The notes under the pieces are model-generated. The model saw nothing but the letters and a program-made list of their open reading frames with translations, ran no database searches and was not told the DNA's origin. Shown here one piece after another: positions 45,525-55,999 of a DNA stretch of 64,000 nucleotides. Source of the DNA: Kiritimatiellia bacterium. Its GTDB lineage: Bacteria > Verrucomicrobiota > Kiritimatiellia > JAAZAB01. The stretch spans positions 96,001-160,000 of the forward strand of contig JAXGPF010000011.1 of assembly GCA_040767085.1 (NCBI GenBank). The letters run 5' to 3'. The position numbers and the translations under genes are program-made. Positions within the stretch are counted from its first letter, which is position 1; each line of letters starts with the position of its first letter.

Positions 45525-47882
45525 CTAAGGCTGGCCCGCAGGCTTCGCGGGACCCAGCATCCGTTCGAGCTTTCCGGCAAGGGCGGCGGCGGCGAAAGGC
45601 TTCTGGATAAATTCGGCATCCGCCGGTGGATTCTCGCGGGCAAATACATCGCTGGTGTAGCCGGATATGAACAGGCACTTGAGGCCGGGGCGGATCGCGC
45701 GGAGTCTTCTGGCCAGTTCGACACCGTTAATGTCCGGCATGATGACGTCCGTGACCAGGGCGGCCAGGCCGCCGGCCTGGTCTTGAGCCAGGCGGAGGGC
45801 AATGGCCGGCGAGGAGGCTGGCAGCACGGTGTAGCCCAGGCGTTCCAGCATCAGCTTGCAGGTTTGGAGCATTCCCGGATCGTCCTCGACCAGAAGTATC
45901 TTTCCATGACCTTTTACGGTGGCCCCGGCCTTCGGATTCTGCTCGGGCATGGCCGCCGCATGGTGGCGCGGTATGTGGATCCGGAAGGTTGTCCCGCGGC
46001 CCGGCGTACTGTCGACATCGATGAAGCCCTTGTTCTGGGTGACGATGCCGTAAATGGTGGCCAGCCCGAGCCCCGTTCCCTTTCCCATGTCCTTGGTGGT
46101 GAAGAACGGCTCGAACAGGTGGGACCGCGCCTCTTCGCTGATGCCGCTCCCCGTATCAGCCACCGAAATGACGACATAGTCGCCCGGACTGGCGCCGGCA
46201 TGGCCGGCGCAAGCGGCGGCGTCGAGACTGATATGGCCGGTTAGGATGCTGACCCGGCCCGTTCCTGCAATGGCATCCCGCGCATTGACGCACAGGTTTG
46301 CCAGGATCTGGTCGACCTGCGAGGAGTCCATATGCACGGGCCAGAGGCCGGTTCCGGGTTTCCAGATGAGCTCGATATTCTCGCCGATGAGCCGGCGCAT
46401 CATTTTCAGCAGGCCCTCGATGGTCGTGTTCAAGTCGAGCACCTTGGGCAGGATGATCTGTTTGCGGGCAAAGGCCAGCAGTTGGCGGGTGAGGTTGGCG
46501 GAGCGTTCGGCCGCTTTCTGTATCTCCAGGAGGTTATCGTGAATCTCCTGGCCGGGTTTGGTTATGTCCAGGCACAACTCCACGTGTCCGAGGATGACGC
46601 CCAGCATATTGTTGAAGTCGTGCGCCACGCCGCCCGCGAGGCGGCCGACGGAGTCGATCTTCTGGGCCTGGATCAGTTGGGACTGCATGCGTTCGCGTTC
46701 GGCGTCAGCCTTCTTTTTATCCGTAACGTCTCGGATGATCGCGACCGTGCCTTGAGCGGGATCCTCGGGATTGATGGGGGCGGCCGTTACGATGACGTCG
46801 CGGAACACCCCGTCGCTGCGGCGCAGCCGTGTTTCCGTGGAGGCGATCCCCGCGGTCCGGAGGTTGTTGTAGAGCTCATGGCCCACCCGCTCCCATTCCT
46901 CGTCGGTCTCGTACAGCATCCGGGTTGACTTGCCAATGAGGTCCTCTTCCGGGTAGCCGAACGTCTCGCACCAGTACTTGTTGGCGCGGGCGTAAAGCCG
47001 GTTCTGCATGAGGCAGATGCCAACGGGGGCAACCTCGAACACGCTGAGGATGGTTGCCTGGCTCTGGTTCAGCGCCTCCTCCGCCTGCTTGCGGTCGGTG
47101 ATATCCAGCTCAATGCCGTCCCAGATGATATTGCCGTCGTCCAGGATCCGGGGCGCGGAGACGATGTTGTGCCAGCAGAGCCGGTCGTCGGGCAGCCTCA
47201 ACCGCACGTCGATATTGAGCTGGGAGAGGGTCTGAATGGCCGCGGATTCCGCTTCCGCCAGCAGGGCGCGGTCCTCGGGAATGACCTGGTTGTAGATCAT
47301 AGCCGGATCTGCGAGGGCCGCCTCGACGGTGCAGCCATGGAGCCGTTCCACAGCAGGGCTGACATAGGAAAACCGGCGCCCTGACCCATCGGCGCTGCAA
47401 ATGACCTGGTACACCATGCCGCGGGCGAGATTTTCATTCAGGCGTTGGAACTGTTCGGCGGTGGCGCGCAACTGCTCCTCGAATTGCTTCTGCACCGTGA
47501 TGTCGCGGTCAACCCCGATGAAGCCCGCCAGGTTGCCGCGCCCGTCAAGAATGGGGCTGCCGTTGCTTTCGAGAATCCGGTAGCCGCCATCCTTGGCCTT
47601 CCAGCGGATGATCCACCCCCGCCACCCCTGCTTGGCCGCAATGAGACCGGGCAGTCTCTGTCCCACCGTGCGCCGGTCCTCCTCATGCATGAACTCGAGG
47701 GCGTTCCTGCCGACAAACTCCGCCGGCGTGTAACCCAGGATCTCGGTGACGGCTGCCGTGGAAAACGTATGGGTGCCGGCCGGGTCGATCGCCCAGACCC
47801 ACTCGTTCGTCAGGGCGAGGAAGTGCTTGAGGTGCTCGGCGACGATGCTGCCTGGTTGTTTCCGCGTTGGCGCCTTGTCCAT
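45525..47882 (-). CDS. PAS-domain hybrid histidine kinase / response regulator
   Basis: Three PAS domains, AHDFNN, NLCVNARDA, GTGLGL, C-terminal receiver. Confidence 0.93.
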   Translation of the reverse strand: MDKAPTRKQPGSIVAEHLKHFLALTNEWVWAIDPAGTHTFSTAAVTEILGYTPAEFVGRNALEFMHEEDRRTVGQRLPGLIAAKQGWRGWIIRWKAKDGGYRILESNGSPILDGRGNLAGFIGVDRDITVQKQFEEQLRATAEQFQRLNENLARGMVYQVICSADGSGRRFSYVSPAVERLHGCTVEAALADPAMIYNQVIPEDRALLAEAESAAIQTLSQLNIDVRLRLPDDRLCWHNIVSAPRILDDGNIIWDGIELDITDRKQAEEALNQSQATILSVFEVAPVGICLMQNRLYARANKYWCETFGYPEEDLIGKSTRMLYETDEEWERVGHELYNNLRTAGIASTETRLRRSDGVFRDVIVTAAPINPEDPAQGTVAIIRDVTDKKKADAERERMQSQLIQAQKIDSVGRLAGGVAHDFNNMLGVILGHVELCLDITKPGQEIHDNLLEIQKAAERSANLTRQLLAFARKQIILPKVLDLNTTIEGLLKMMRRLIGENIELIWKPGTGLWPVHMDSSQVDQILANLCVNARDAIAGTGRVSILTGHISLDAAACAGHAGASPGDYVVISVADTGSGISEEARSHLFEPFFTTKDMGKGTGLGLATIYGIVTQNKGFIDVDSTPGRGTTFRIHIPRHHAAAMPEQNPKAGATVKGHGKILLVEDDPGMLQTCKLMLERLGYTVLPASSPAIALRLAQDQAGGLAALVTDVIMPDINGVELARRLRAIRPGLKCLFISGYTSDVFARENPPADAEFIQKPFAAAALAGKLERMLGPAKPAGQP

Positions 47883-48164
47883 GACGGCATATTAACGTGA
47901 CCGGTCATTATTTTCAAGAGAAATTACGGGCGTGCCGAGTCGGCACGGCTGCGTCATACGCGGAAAAGGCGGCTCGGTACGGCTTGCCCTGCATAGCTTA
48001 AGCGAAGTCCGTCAAAACCGGACGCAGCCCGCAGGGAGACTTCGCCCTACCGGAAAATGTTCGGCGGACAGCTTGACTATTGCCGGGCCGGGATATAACA
48101 TTCGCTGAAACACGACGGAATTAGAGCGGATTAGCGGGCATGGCCCGCATGGCAGGAGCGGGAA

Positions 48165-48800
48165 ATGTTTACGGGATTGATCCAACAGGTCGGACGGCTG
48201 GCGGAAATCAAAACCGCGGCCGGCGGCGCGCGCCTGCGGATTCATGCCGTCTGGCCGGAACGCCTGGCGCCGGGCGAGAGCATTGCCGTCAATGGCGCCT
48301 GCCTGACGGCTGCCGCCGTTTACGACGATGGGTTCGCCTGCGATGTGCTCCAGGAAACGCTCCAGCGCACCAGCCTGGGCGGCAAACGGCCGGGCGCCAG
48401 GCTTAACCTGGAACGCGCCCTGCGCCTGGGCGAAGCGCTGGGCGGGCACCTGGTGGCCGGGCATGTGGACGGCACCGGCGCCGTGCGGGGCCGGCGCCCG
48501 GTGGGACGGGATATCGCGCTCCGGATCGCCTGCAGCCGCGAACTGCTGGCGGGTATGGTGCCGAAGGGTTCGATTGCCGTGGAAGGCGTCAGCCTGACCA
48601 TTGCCGGCTTGGAAGCGGACGCTTTCACAGTGCACCTGGTGCCGTTCACCCGCCGGGAGTCCACGCTGGATGAAGCGGCGGAAGGCGACCTGGTCAACCT
48701 GGAAACCGACCTGATCGGCAAATATGTGGTCCGCTATCTTGGCGGCGTTCCGCCGGCCGCTCCGTTGACGCTGGACCGGCTGCAAGCGGCGGGATTCTGA
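48165..48800 (+). CDS. ribE: Riboflavin synthase alpha chain
   Basis: MFTGL start; SIAVNGACLT, GGHLVAGHVDG and VNLETD motifs. Confidence 0.96.
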   Translation: MFTGLIQQVGRLAEIKTAAGGARLRIHAVWPERLAPGESIAVNGACLTAAAVYDDGFACDVLQETLQRTSLGGKRPGARLNLERALRLGEALGGHLVAGHVDGTGAVRGRRPVGRDIALRIACSRELLAGMVPKGSIAVEGVSLTIAGLEADAFTVHLVPFTRRESTLDEAAEGDLVNLETDLIGKYVVRYLGGVPPAAPLTLDRLQAAGF

Positions 48801-48826
48801 CACACCGCAGGTGGCACACCTCAGGA

Positions 48827-49996
48827 CTACCGGGCATCCGCGCGGGCGGCCGCCGCCAGGCAGGGGGTTTCTTCCGGCGCTGCCCGGGCCGGCTCCGGCG
48901 CGGGCATGGCCAGCGGGCATACCGGCGCGGCGGCGGGTTGGCCGGCCGGCGCGTCCGGCACCTGCTGATACACGAAGCGCTTCCCTTCGTAATTGCGCAG
49001 CACCACCTGGCGGTCGTTTATGGATTCCACGTACTGGGGCAGCAATGGGATTTTGCCGCCGCCGCCGGGGCTGTCAATGACGAAGTGGGGCACGGCCAGC
49101 CCGGAAGTCCAGCCGCGCAGGCCTTCCTGGATGATTTCCAGTCCTTTTTCCACGCGGGTGCGGAAATGTTCGGTGCCGGCCACCATATCGGCCTGGTAGA
49201 TGTAATACGGGCGCACGCGGCATGAAAGCAGCTTGCGCATGAGGGTTTTCATCACTTCCGGATCGTCGTTCACCCCGCGCAGCAGCACGGTCTGGTTGCC
49301 CAGTTGGATGCCGGCATCGGCCAGCATGTTCAGGGCGCGCCGGGATTCCGGAGTGATTTCATCCGGGTGGTTGAAATGCACATTCATGAAAAGCGGGTGG
49401 TACCTTTTCAGGACGCGCACCAGCCGGGTGGTGATGCGCTGCGGCAGGAAGCACGGCATGCGGGTGCCGATGCGGATGATCTCCACGTGCGGAATGGAGC
49501 GTACGCCCTTGAGGATGGTATCCAGCCGGGCATCGGAAAGCATCAGCGGGTCGCCGCCGGAAATGATGACGTCGCGGATTTCGGGATGGGTCCGGATATA
49601 TTCCAGGCCGCGGGCGATGAAGCGCGGATGCATCTTGGTGAAGTCGCCCACCATGCGCTTGCGGGTGCAGAACCGGCAATAGGAGCCGCATTCATGGGAA
49701 ACCAGGAAGAGCACCCGGTCGGGATAGCGGTGCACAATCCCGGGCACGGGCGAGTCGTGGTCTTCCTCCAGCGGATCGTCCATGCCGCAGGAGTCCTGCA
49801 ACTCCCGGATATCGGGGACCACCTGCCGGTAAATCGGATCGTTCTTGGCCTTGATCAAGCCCAGGTAATAGGGATTGATGCGGATGCGGAACCGCTCAGC
49901 CAGCCGGCGCACATCCGCGACATTCAAGCCGAAAATTTCGGCTACTTCCTCCGCCGTCGTCAGGCTTTTCTGCAGCAACTTACGCCATCCTTCCAT
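48827..49996 (-). CDS. kamA: KamA-family radical SAM aminomutase (lysine 2,3-aminomutase-like)
   Basis: HRYPDR, CGSYCRFCTRKR, SGGDPL and PGGGGKIP motifs. Confidence 0.92.
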   Translation of the reverse strand: MEGWRKLLQKSLTTAEEVAEIFGLNVADVRRLAERFRIRINPYYLGLIKAKNDPIYRQVVPDIRELQDSCGMDDPLEEDHDSPVPGIVHRYPDRVLFLVSHECGSYCRFCTRKRMVGDFTKMHPRFIARGLEYIRTHPEIRDVIISGGDPLMLSDARLDTILKGVRSIPHVEIIRIGTRMPCFLPQRITTRLVRVLKRYHPLFMNVHFNHPDEITPESRRALNMLADAGIQLGNQTVLLRGVNDDPEVMKTLMRKLLSCRVRPYYIYQADMVAGTEHFRTRVEKGLEIIQEGLRGWTSGLAVPHFVIDSPGGGGKIPLLPQYVESINDRQVVLRNYEGKRFVYQQVPDAPAGQPAAAPVCPLAMPAPEPARAAPEETPCLAAAARADAR

Positions 49997-50011
49997 GGCA
50001 ATCCAACCTTT

Positions 50012-50488
50012 CTATAGATATTTGCAGTAAATTACCCGGTCGTCCCCGGGCCGGTAAAAATCGCGGATTCGCGCGCATTCCGTATAGCCTGCCCGCAGAT
50101 AGAATTGCCGGGTAGGCTTATACTTGTCTTGTGAAGACGTCTCTATCACAATGACTCTCCCTTTTTTTTGTTTAACGGTGTTTTCCACCTGCGCTACCAA
50201 AGCCTTGCCGTAACCCCGGTGCTGGGCGGCCGGATGCACGGCGATCCAGTACAAATCGAAAGTGCCCTCGGTCATCGGCGTCGGGCCGTAGCAGACATAG
50301 CCCGCCGGCCGGCCGGCGTCGTCCTCCAGCACATCCACGATGTAATCGCTCTGGCAGGGCTGTTCGAGGAACGTGTCCATCAGTTCCACCGCCACCTTTT
50401 CCTCCTCGGCGGTGAACATGTCCGTGGCGCGGATCACTTCCCGCAGCGCATCGCGGTCGGCGGCATCCAGCATAGGTCGGATCAACAT
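50012..50488 (-). CDS. GNAT N-acetyltransferase
   Basis: GYVCYGPTP, DLYWIAV..QHRGYGK and FYLRAGY motifs. Confidence 0.9.
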   Translation of the reverse strand: MLIRPMLDAADRDALREVIRATDMFTAEEEKVAVELMDTFLEQPCQSDYIVDVLEDDAGRPAGYVCYGPTPMTEGTFDLYWIAVHPAAQHRGYGKALVAQVENTVKQKKGRVIVIETSSQDKYKPTRQFYLRAGYTECARIRDFYRPGDDRVIYCKYL

Positions 50489-51534
50489 GCCGCGCCTCGC
50501 TTTCCGCGCCCGGCCGCCCGGACCTGGGCGCTCCAGAAATCGGCATACCCGATGTCCGCCGCGGCCAGCGCGCGCGCCAGGCCGGCGTCCAGCGAGGTAT
50601 CGGGATTGGGATTGATTTCCAGCAGGTAAATCCGGCCGCGCCGGTCCATCCGGAAATCGAACCGGGCGTAACCGCGCAGGCCGGCGGCCGTCCAGGCGCG
50701 CAGCGCCGCCTCGCGCAAGGCCCGGGCGGCCCGCTCCGGCAGCCGGGCGGGGCATTGCGGCGTGGTGTTGCGGTAATACTCATGCCGGGGCTGCCACTTC
50801 GCCTGGTAGCCCACCAGGCGCGGCGCGCCGGCCGGCAGGCCGTCGAACCGGATTTCCGCGATGGGCAAAACTTCCAATCCGCGCCGTTCGATGACCGCGA
50901 CGTTGAACTCCCGGCCGTCAATGTATTGCTCCACCAGCGCCGGCCGGGCATAGCGCCGGGCCACGCGCCGGATTTGCACGGCCAGGTCGGTGCGGCGGCG
51001 CACCACGGAATGGCGGTAAATGCCGATGCCGCCGTCTTCCGCCGCCGGCTTGACGATCAGCGGCCAGCCGGCCGTCCGCGGCACATCCGCGGCGGCGGCG
51101 GCCAGCCAGCCGTCCGGGACATTCACGCCGGCGGCGCGCAGCAGCAGCTTGGTCTGGAATTTGTCCTGGCACAACTGCAAAGCGCGCGCGCCGTTGCCGG
51201 TGAAAGGGATCTCCAGCAGTTCCCACAAGCCGGCCAGGTGCGCTTCGTATTCCGGGCGGCCGCGGAAGCCTTCGCACAGATTCACCAGCGCGGCCGGGCG
51301 CAACCGCCGCAGGCGGGCGCAGATATCCGGCACGCTGTCCCGCACGGGGAGCAGCGCCGGCCGGGGCCAGCCGGCTTGCGCCAGGGCCGCCGCCGCCTGC
51401 CGCGCCGCGCCGGCCACCGCCTGTTCCGCCGCCGCTTCGCCGGTCCGGCCGCTGAGAGGCATGTAAACGCTATACACGATTGCCACGCGCTTTGTTTTGG
51501 TATGGTTGGCGGGTTGCATCAGGCAAGGCCGCAT
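50482..51534 (-). CDS. D-Ala-D-Ala ligase-like ATP-grasp enzyme
   Basis: NLCE, IPFTG, IVKP, EQYIDGREF and LEINPNP motifs. Confidence 0.88.
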   Translation of the reverse strand: MRPCLMQPANHTKTKRVAIVYSVYMPLSGRTGEAAAEQAVAGAARQAAAALAQAGWPRPALLPVRDSVPDICARLRRLRPAALVNLCEGFRGRPEYEAHLAGLWELLEIPFTGNGARALQLCQDKFQTKLLLRAAGVNVPDGWLAAAAADVPRTAGWPLIVKPAAEDGGIGIYRHSVVRRRTDLAVQIRRVARRYARPALVEQYIDGREFNVAVIERRGLEVLPIAEIRFDGLPAGAPRLVGYQAKWQPRHEYYRNTTPQCPARLPERAARALREAALRAWTAAGLRGYARFDFRMDRRGRIYLLEINPNPDTSLDAGLARALAAADIGYADFWSAQVRAAGRGKRGAAC

Positions 51535-52583
51535 CGTTTAAGGGCAATTTGCGCAACGCGCAGGATCAGGGCATCGTAATCGTAACCCGCCGCGCGCGCC
51601 GCCGCCGGCAGCGCGGAATTATCGCGGGGATCCGGCAGCACGCCGGGCAGCGGATTCAATTCGATGATTTTGGGAACGCCGGCGGCATCCAGCCGGATGT
51701 CCATCCGGCACCAGTCGCGCAGACGCATTACCCGCGCGACGCGCAAGGCCAGCGTGCGGATGGCTTCGACGAGTTCCGGCGGCGCCTTCGCCGGGCAGAC
51801 GTGGATCGCCAACGGGCGGGCCGGATCGTCCCACACCCATTTGGCTTCGTAGCCGTAAACCGGATTGGCGCCCGGCGGCAGCACGGAGTGGTCAATTTCC
51901 ACCAGCGGCAAAACTTCCCAGTCCGGCGCATTGCCCAGCAGTCCGACCGTGAATTCCCGGCCCGGCAAAAACTCCTCCACCAGCGCCGGCTGGGCATACC
52001 GGCGCAACACGGCCTGCGCCTGCGCCATCAGGTCGGCGCGGGTGCGCACCATGCTGGCATTACCGATACCCATGGACGACCCCTCCCGCAGGGGCTTGAC
52101 GATCGCCGGCAGGGGGAAATCCGCCAGGCTGCCGAGCTCCGCCGGGGAGTCCACCATGCGGAAGGCCGGCGTCGGCAGGTGGTTGGCCAGCAGGATTTCC
52201 TTGGCGCGGGACTTGTCCAGGCAGAGGCCCAAGGTCAAGGCATCCGAGCCCAGGCAGGGGAGATCAAGCATCTCGCAAACGATCGGGATGTGGCATTCGC
52301 GGTTGGCGCCGCCGAAGCCCTCGGAGATATTGAAGACGAAGTCAGGGCGCAGGGCGCGTAATTTCTCGAAAACCGCAACATCGCCTTCCAGCCGGGTTAC
52401 CTTGTATTTGCGCGATAAAGCCACATCCAGCGCCGCAATGGTTTCCTCGGTGTCGTATTCCGCCAACTTATCCGGAGGCTCTTCGTCTTCGGCCACAGGC
52501 TCGGCCGGACGACGATTCGGAGCCACCTCCAAGGCTTTATGTTTGGATGAATAAACCAGAGCAACGTGCAATGTTGTCTTCAA
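51519..52583 (-). CDS. D-Ala-D-Ala ligase-like ATP-grasp enzyme
   Basis: FNISEG, IVKPLREGSS, EEFLPGREFT and ELNPLPG motifs. Confidence 0.9.
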   Translation of the reverse strand: MKTTLHVALVYSSKHKALEVAPNRRPAEPVAEDEEPPDKLAEYDTEETIAALDVALSRKYKVTRLEGDVAVFEKLRALRPDFVFNISEGFGGANRECHIPIVCEMLDLPCLGSDALTLGLCLDKSRAKEILLANHLPTPAFRMVDSPAELGSLADFPLPAIVKPLREGSSMGIGNASMVRTRADLMAQAQAVLRRYAQPALVEEFLPGREFTVGLLGNAPDWEVLPLVEIDHSVLPPGANPVYGYEAKWVWDDPARPLAIHVCPAKAPPELVEAIRTLALRVARVMRLRDWCRMDIRLDAAGVPKIIELNPLPGVLPDPRDNSALPAAARAAGYDYDALILRVAQIALKRCGLA

Positions 52584-52700
52584 GCTTAAACCTTTATGAC
52601 CGGTGTCATGCGCCTGATTCCCGGCTCACCGGCCGGTTTTCCGCGGCGCGCTTCCGCCATACCACATACTACTATCCGTACTATCCGTAGTATTGCCGGA

Positions 52701-52728
52701 AGTTTAAACAACTATATTTAGTTGTCAA
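52701..52728 (-). promoter_or_regulatory. Promoter with embedded palindromic operator
   Basis: TTGACA-16 nt-TAAACT on minus strand; ACAACTA-tatt-TAGTTGT at 52708-52725. Confidence 0.55.
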
Positions 52729-52750
52729 TAGTTTTGGGCTGTTTTTTTAA

Positions 52751-53263
52751 TTAAAAATAATGGCGCAGCCCTAACCGCAGACCGGCATCGTTGTTGCGGC
52801 CGCCTTCTTCGTCGTCGGCAAACGCGTCTTCGCTGGCAAGGTCGTAAAAAATCTCCGTCGAAATGGCCAGGGTCTGCGAGAGAAAGAATTTCAAACCGGC
52901 GGCGGTATCCAGCAGCAGATAATTCTTGTCGTAATGGCTGCCGAAGTCGAACATCACGCGGGCGGCCAGGAACGGCATGACGGCATTGTAGGTGTCAAAG
53001 TTAATTTCGCCGAACGTGCCGATGCGGTAGCCCATGTCGCGTCCGTCATACAACATGCCCAGCATGCCGCCGGCCTGGATGTTATCCATGAAAAAATATC
53101 CCAGGGTGGGATAGACCATGAACTCGACATCGCCGTCGGGGCTGTCGAAATCCAGGTTGCCCTGTAATCCCAGCTCCAGGGTGTCCTTCTCGATGACCGC
53201 GCCGAACCCGCTCACCGCGGCCAGCAACATCGTCAGCAACATAGTTTTTTTCATGAGCGCCAA
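52751..53263 (-). CDS. Outer membrane beta-barrel protein
   Basis: Signal peptide, alternating strands, C-terminal LGLRHYF. Confidence 0.8.
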   Translation of the reverse strand: MALMKKTMLLTMLLAAVSGFGAVIEKDTLELGLQGNLDFDSPDGDVEFMVYPTLGYFFMDNIQAGGMLGMLYDGRDMGYRIGTFGEINFDTYNAVMPFLAARVMFDFGSHYDKNYLLLDTAAGLKFFLSQTLAISTEIFYDLASEDAFADDEEGGRNNDAGLRLGLRHYF

Positions 53264-53350
53264 TCCTCCTGTATTGTTTTGCCGGCCTTTTTACATGAAT
53301 TTAAAATGTTGTCAACAGATAATTTTTTTCTGTATTTTCAGCACCGTCTT

Positions 53351-53956
53351 TCAGCCGGAAACCGTTGCGTCCAGCCCGGCCAGCGGCGCCGCGCGCAGCG
53401 GCGCATAAACGGGGCCGCCGGGGCCGAGCCGGCTTTCCATCAGGCAAATCCGCTCGACGGCCAGCGCGCCGAACACGGCGGCGGCATTCCGCGCGATCGC
53501 CGCCGCCAGGCGGTCGGAGTTCCTGGCGGAACGCACGCGCCCGATGGTCAGGTGCGGGTGAAATGCCTTTTCGCGCTCGCCTAAAGCGGCGCTGTTCCGC
53601 GGCATGGCGCGGCAGAGTTGCCGCTGCATTTCCGCCAGGGGGTCGGCCGGCTGCAACCCGGCCCAGATGATCCGCGGCGCGCGCGGCGGACCGAAGCAGC
53701 CCAGCCCGGCGGCTTCCACGGCACAGCGCCGGCTGGCCGCCGCCGCCGCGGCGACCGCATCGGCGACAGCCGGAATTTCCGCGGCCGGGACATCGCCGAG
53801 AAACAACAAGGTGCAATGAATGTTTTCCGGCCTGGTCCAGCTGACATGGCCCTGGGCCAGGGCCAGCCGCCGCTGCATCCGGACCAGCGCGGCCCGGACG
53901 GCGTCGTTGATTTCGACCGCCACGAATGCGCGGATATGCCCGGGCGAGGCCATCAT
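53351..53956 (-). CDS. thpR: RNA 2',3'-cyclic phosphodiesterase
   Basis: Two HxT motifs (HCTLLFLG, HLTIGR). Confidence 0.92.
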   Translation of the reverse strand: MMASPGHIRAFVAVEINDAVRAALVRMQRRLALAQGHVSWTRPENIHCTLLFLGDVPAAEIPAVADAVAAAAAASRRCAVEAAGLGCFGPPRAPRIIWAGLQPADPLAEMQRQLCRAMPRNSAALGEREKAFHPHLTIGRVRSARNSDRLAAAIARNAAAVFGALAVERICLMESRLGPGGPVYAPLRAAPLAGLDATVSG

Positions 53957-55899
53957 CAGGCCGTGATTTTCAGGAAAGGCAGTTTATCCGAGGGCAGTTG
54001 GCCGGAAGGCCGGGCCGCGCGGCGCAGGCAGCGGAACTTGATGCCCCAGGCCCGGCCGTGGTTGGACGCCAGGGCAAAGACCACGGTATGCCGGCCCTGG
54101 CCGGCCTGGAACGGGATCAGCGCCTTGTCCACGCCGGCCGGGTTGGCGCCCTTGCGGTCGCAATACACGGCGCGCCCGTTGATCCAAATTTTCACCGGGC
54201 CGTCATACCCCACGCCCAGGTTGATGCGCGCGGCCTTGGCGCAGACCAGGCGGCAGACAAAATACACCATCAGGTCGCGCGGCGCGCAGTTGAATTCGTC
54301 CCGGTGCAAATCCCAAAAACCGCCGGGGAACTTCCGGAGCTTGAGGCCCAGCCGGCGGAAATTCGCCGGCAGTGGCAGTTTGCGGATATCCGCCGGCGCG
54401 GGCAGCGGGCGGCTGACCAGGGCGCGGTCGGCAAAGTTGCCGGCGAGCGCGGGCGCCTGGCCGACATTCAGCGTCCTGAGATCCCGCAGCATGCGGCGCC
54501 GCAATTGCGGCGTATTCAAAGGCAGCGGTCCGAACACCGGCAGGGAGCGGTCGGCGCCGTCGGTGATATTGCAACAGGGCGCCAGGCCGCGGCCATAATG
54601 TAAAACCATCCCGGCGTGCAGCGCCGTGGCGCGCAAGACCACGGCTTGCTTGCGCAATTCGACGCGGTAGGCGTATTCCATGCCGGACGGGTCGGCAAGC
54701 GTGAAGCCGGCCGGGCGGCCGGCCGCCTGCAATTGTCCAGCGACATGCTTGAAGGTCAACACGACATGCGCGCAGTTATGCTTGCGGTCGCGCTCGAAGC
54801 TGATGCCGCCCAATTCGATCGGCGGTAAGCCGCGGGCGGGTTCGCGGCGCAAGATCAGCATCGCCTGCGCCAGCCGGCGGCCCAGCCGGACCATCTCCCG
54901 CCCGGCGACGTGGATGGAATCGTCCAGGGCCAGGTCAATCGCCGGCACGGTCAGGAGATTTTTAATCAGCCGCGGCAGGCAGCGTTGTTGTTCCTGAATT
55001 TGATTCCAGAACACCGCGCGGTCGGGCTGCCAATTATAAACCCCGGCCAGTTGGACGATGGCCCACGGCAGCCGCGGCTGGCGGAAATCGCGGCGGACGG
55101 CGGCCACGAGGCGCTTCATCCGGCGGGTATACTGGCCCGCGCTTTTTTCCTGGGCATCCGACTCGCCCTGGTACCATAACATCCCGGCCGCCTGGCCGCC
55201 GCTTTTGACAAACCGGCGCAGCATGGCGCCGTAAAGGCTGCGTGAGCCGAGACGTTTGCGCGCGGGATCCCATTGCTCCATGGACGACCCGCCATGGGCG
55301 CAGGCCAGCAAGCCTTGCGGCACGCCGGTCTGACGGAGCATTTCCCGTCCAAAGCTCATGGCCGGACCAACCCCCACCCCGTTGGGCCGGCCGCGCGGCG
55401 CGCGCGCGCGCGGCGTCCGTGAATCCGGCCAGCCGCTGTGGACCGCATCCACCGACTCGGCCAGGACGTGGATCGGGTCGCGCGCCACGCCCCATTCGTC
55501 GTTCATGTACATGGCGCGCACCAGGGGGTGCGGCTTCATCGCATCGCGCAGGCGGCCGATGCCTTCCATGTTCGACTGGCCGGCCAGCACCCAGACATCG
55601 CCAACCAGCACATCGGCGATGGTGATTTCCTCCAGCACGGCGCCGGCCGGGGAGCGGATGGCCAGGACGATGGCATAAGGGCCGCCGGCCGGCAGACCGC
55701 GCAGGCGGCCGGCGAACTTCCCGCCGCGCGCGCGGCCGATCGCCCGCGCCTTGAAGCCCGGCAGACTGCGCCCATTGCGCGCCGCCGCGGCCGTCACAAT
55801 CCCCGCCTGCGCGCAAACACCCGCAATGCTGGCATCGCAGCGATTGCTGCGGTCGCGCTGCAGCACCATCCTGTCAAACAATCCGGTTTTGATTTCCAT
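53956..55899 (-). CDS. Sialate O-acetylesterase (SASA) family protein
   Basis: GDVWVLAGQSNM, WYQGESD and DSIH motifs. Confidence 0.9.
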   Translation of the reverse strand: MEIKTGLFDRMVLQRDRSNRCDASIAGVCAQAGIVTAAAARNGRSLPGFKARAIGRARGGKFAGRLRGLPAGGPYAIVLAIRSPAGAVLEEITIADVLVGDVWVLAGQSNMEGIGRLRDAMKPHPLVRAMYMNDEWGVARDPIHVLAESVDAVHSGWPDSRTPRARAPRGRPNGVGVGPAMSFGREMLRQTGVPQGLLACAHGGSSMEQWDPARKRLGSRSLYGAMLRRFVKSGGQAAGMLWYQGESDAQEKSAGQYTRRMKRLVAAVRRDFRQPRLPWAIVQLAGVYNWQPDRAVFWNQIQEQQRCLPRLIKNLLTVPAIDLALDDSIHVAGREMVRLGRRLAQAMLILRREPARGLPPIELGGISFERDRKHNCAHVVLTFKHVAGQLQAAGRPAGFTLADPSGMEYAYRVELRKQAVVLRATALHAGMVLHYGRGLAPCCNITDGADRSLPVFGPLPLNTPQLRRRMLRDLRTLNVGQAPALAGNFADRALVSRPLPAPADIRKLPLPANFRRLGLKLRKFPGGFWDLHRDEFNCAPRDLMVYFVCRLVCAKAARINLGVGYDGPVKIWINGRAVYCDRKGANPAGVDKALIPFQAGQGRHTVVFALASNHGRAWGIKFRCLRRAARPSGQLPSDKLPFLKITA

Positions 55900-55999
55900 A
55901 TGATTGTTTCCCCCTGGAATTGTGAGTGTTCGGTGTTAGTGCCCCGGCGGGTTTACTCCGCCGGAGACCAAGGTTATAAGTGTTCGGTGTTCGGTAATT

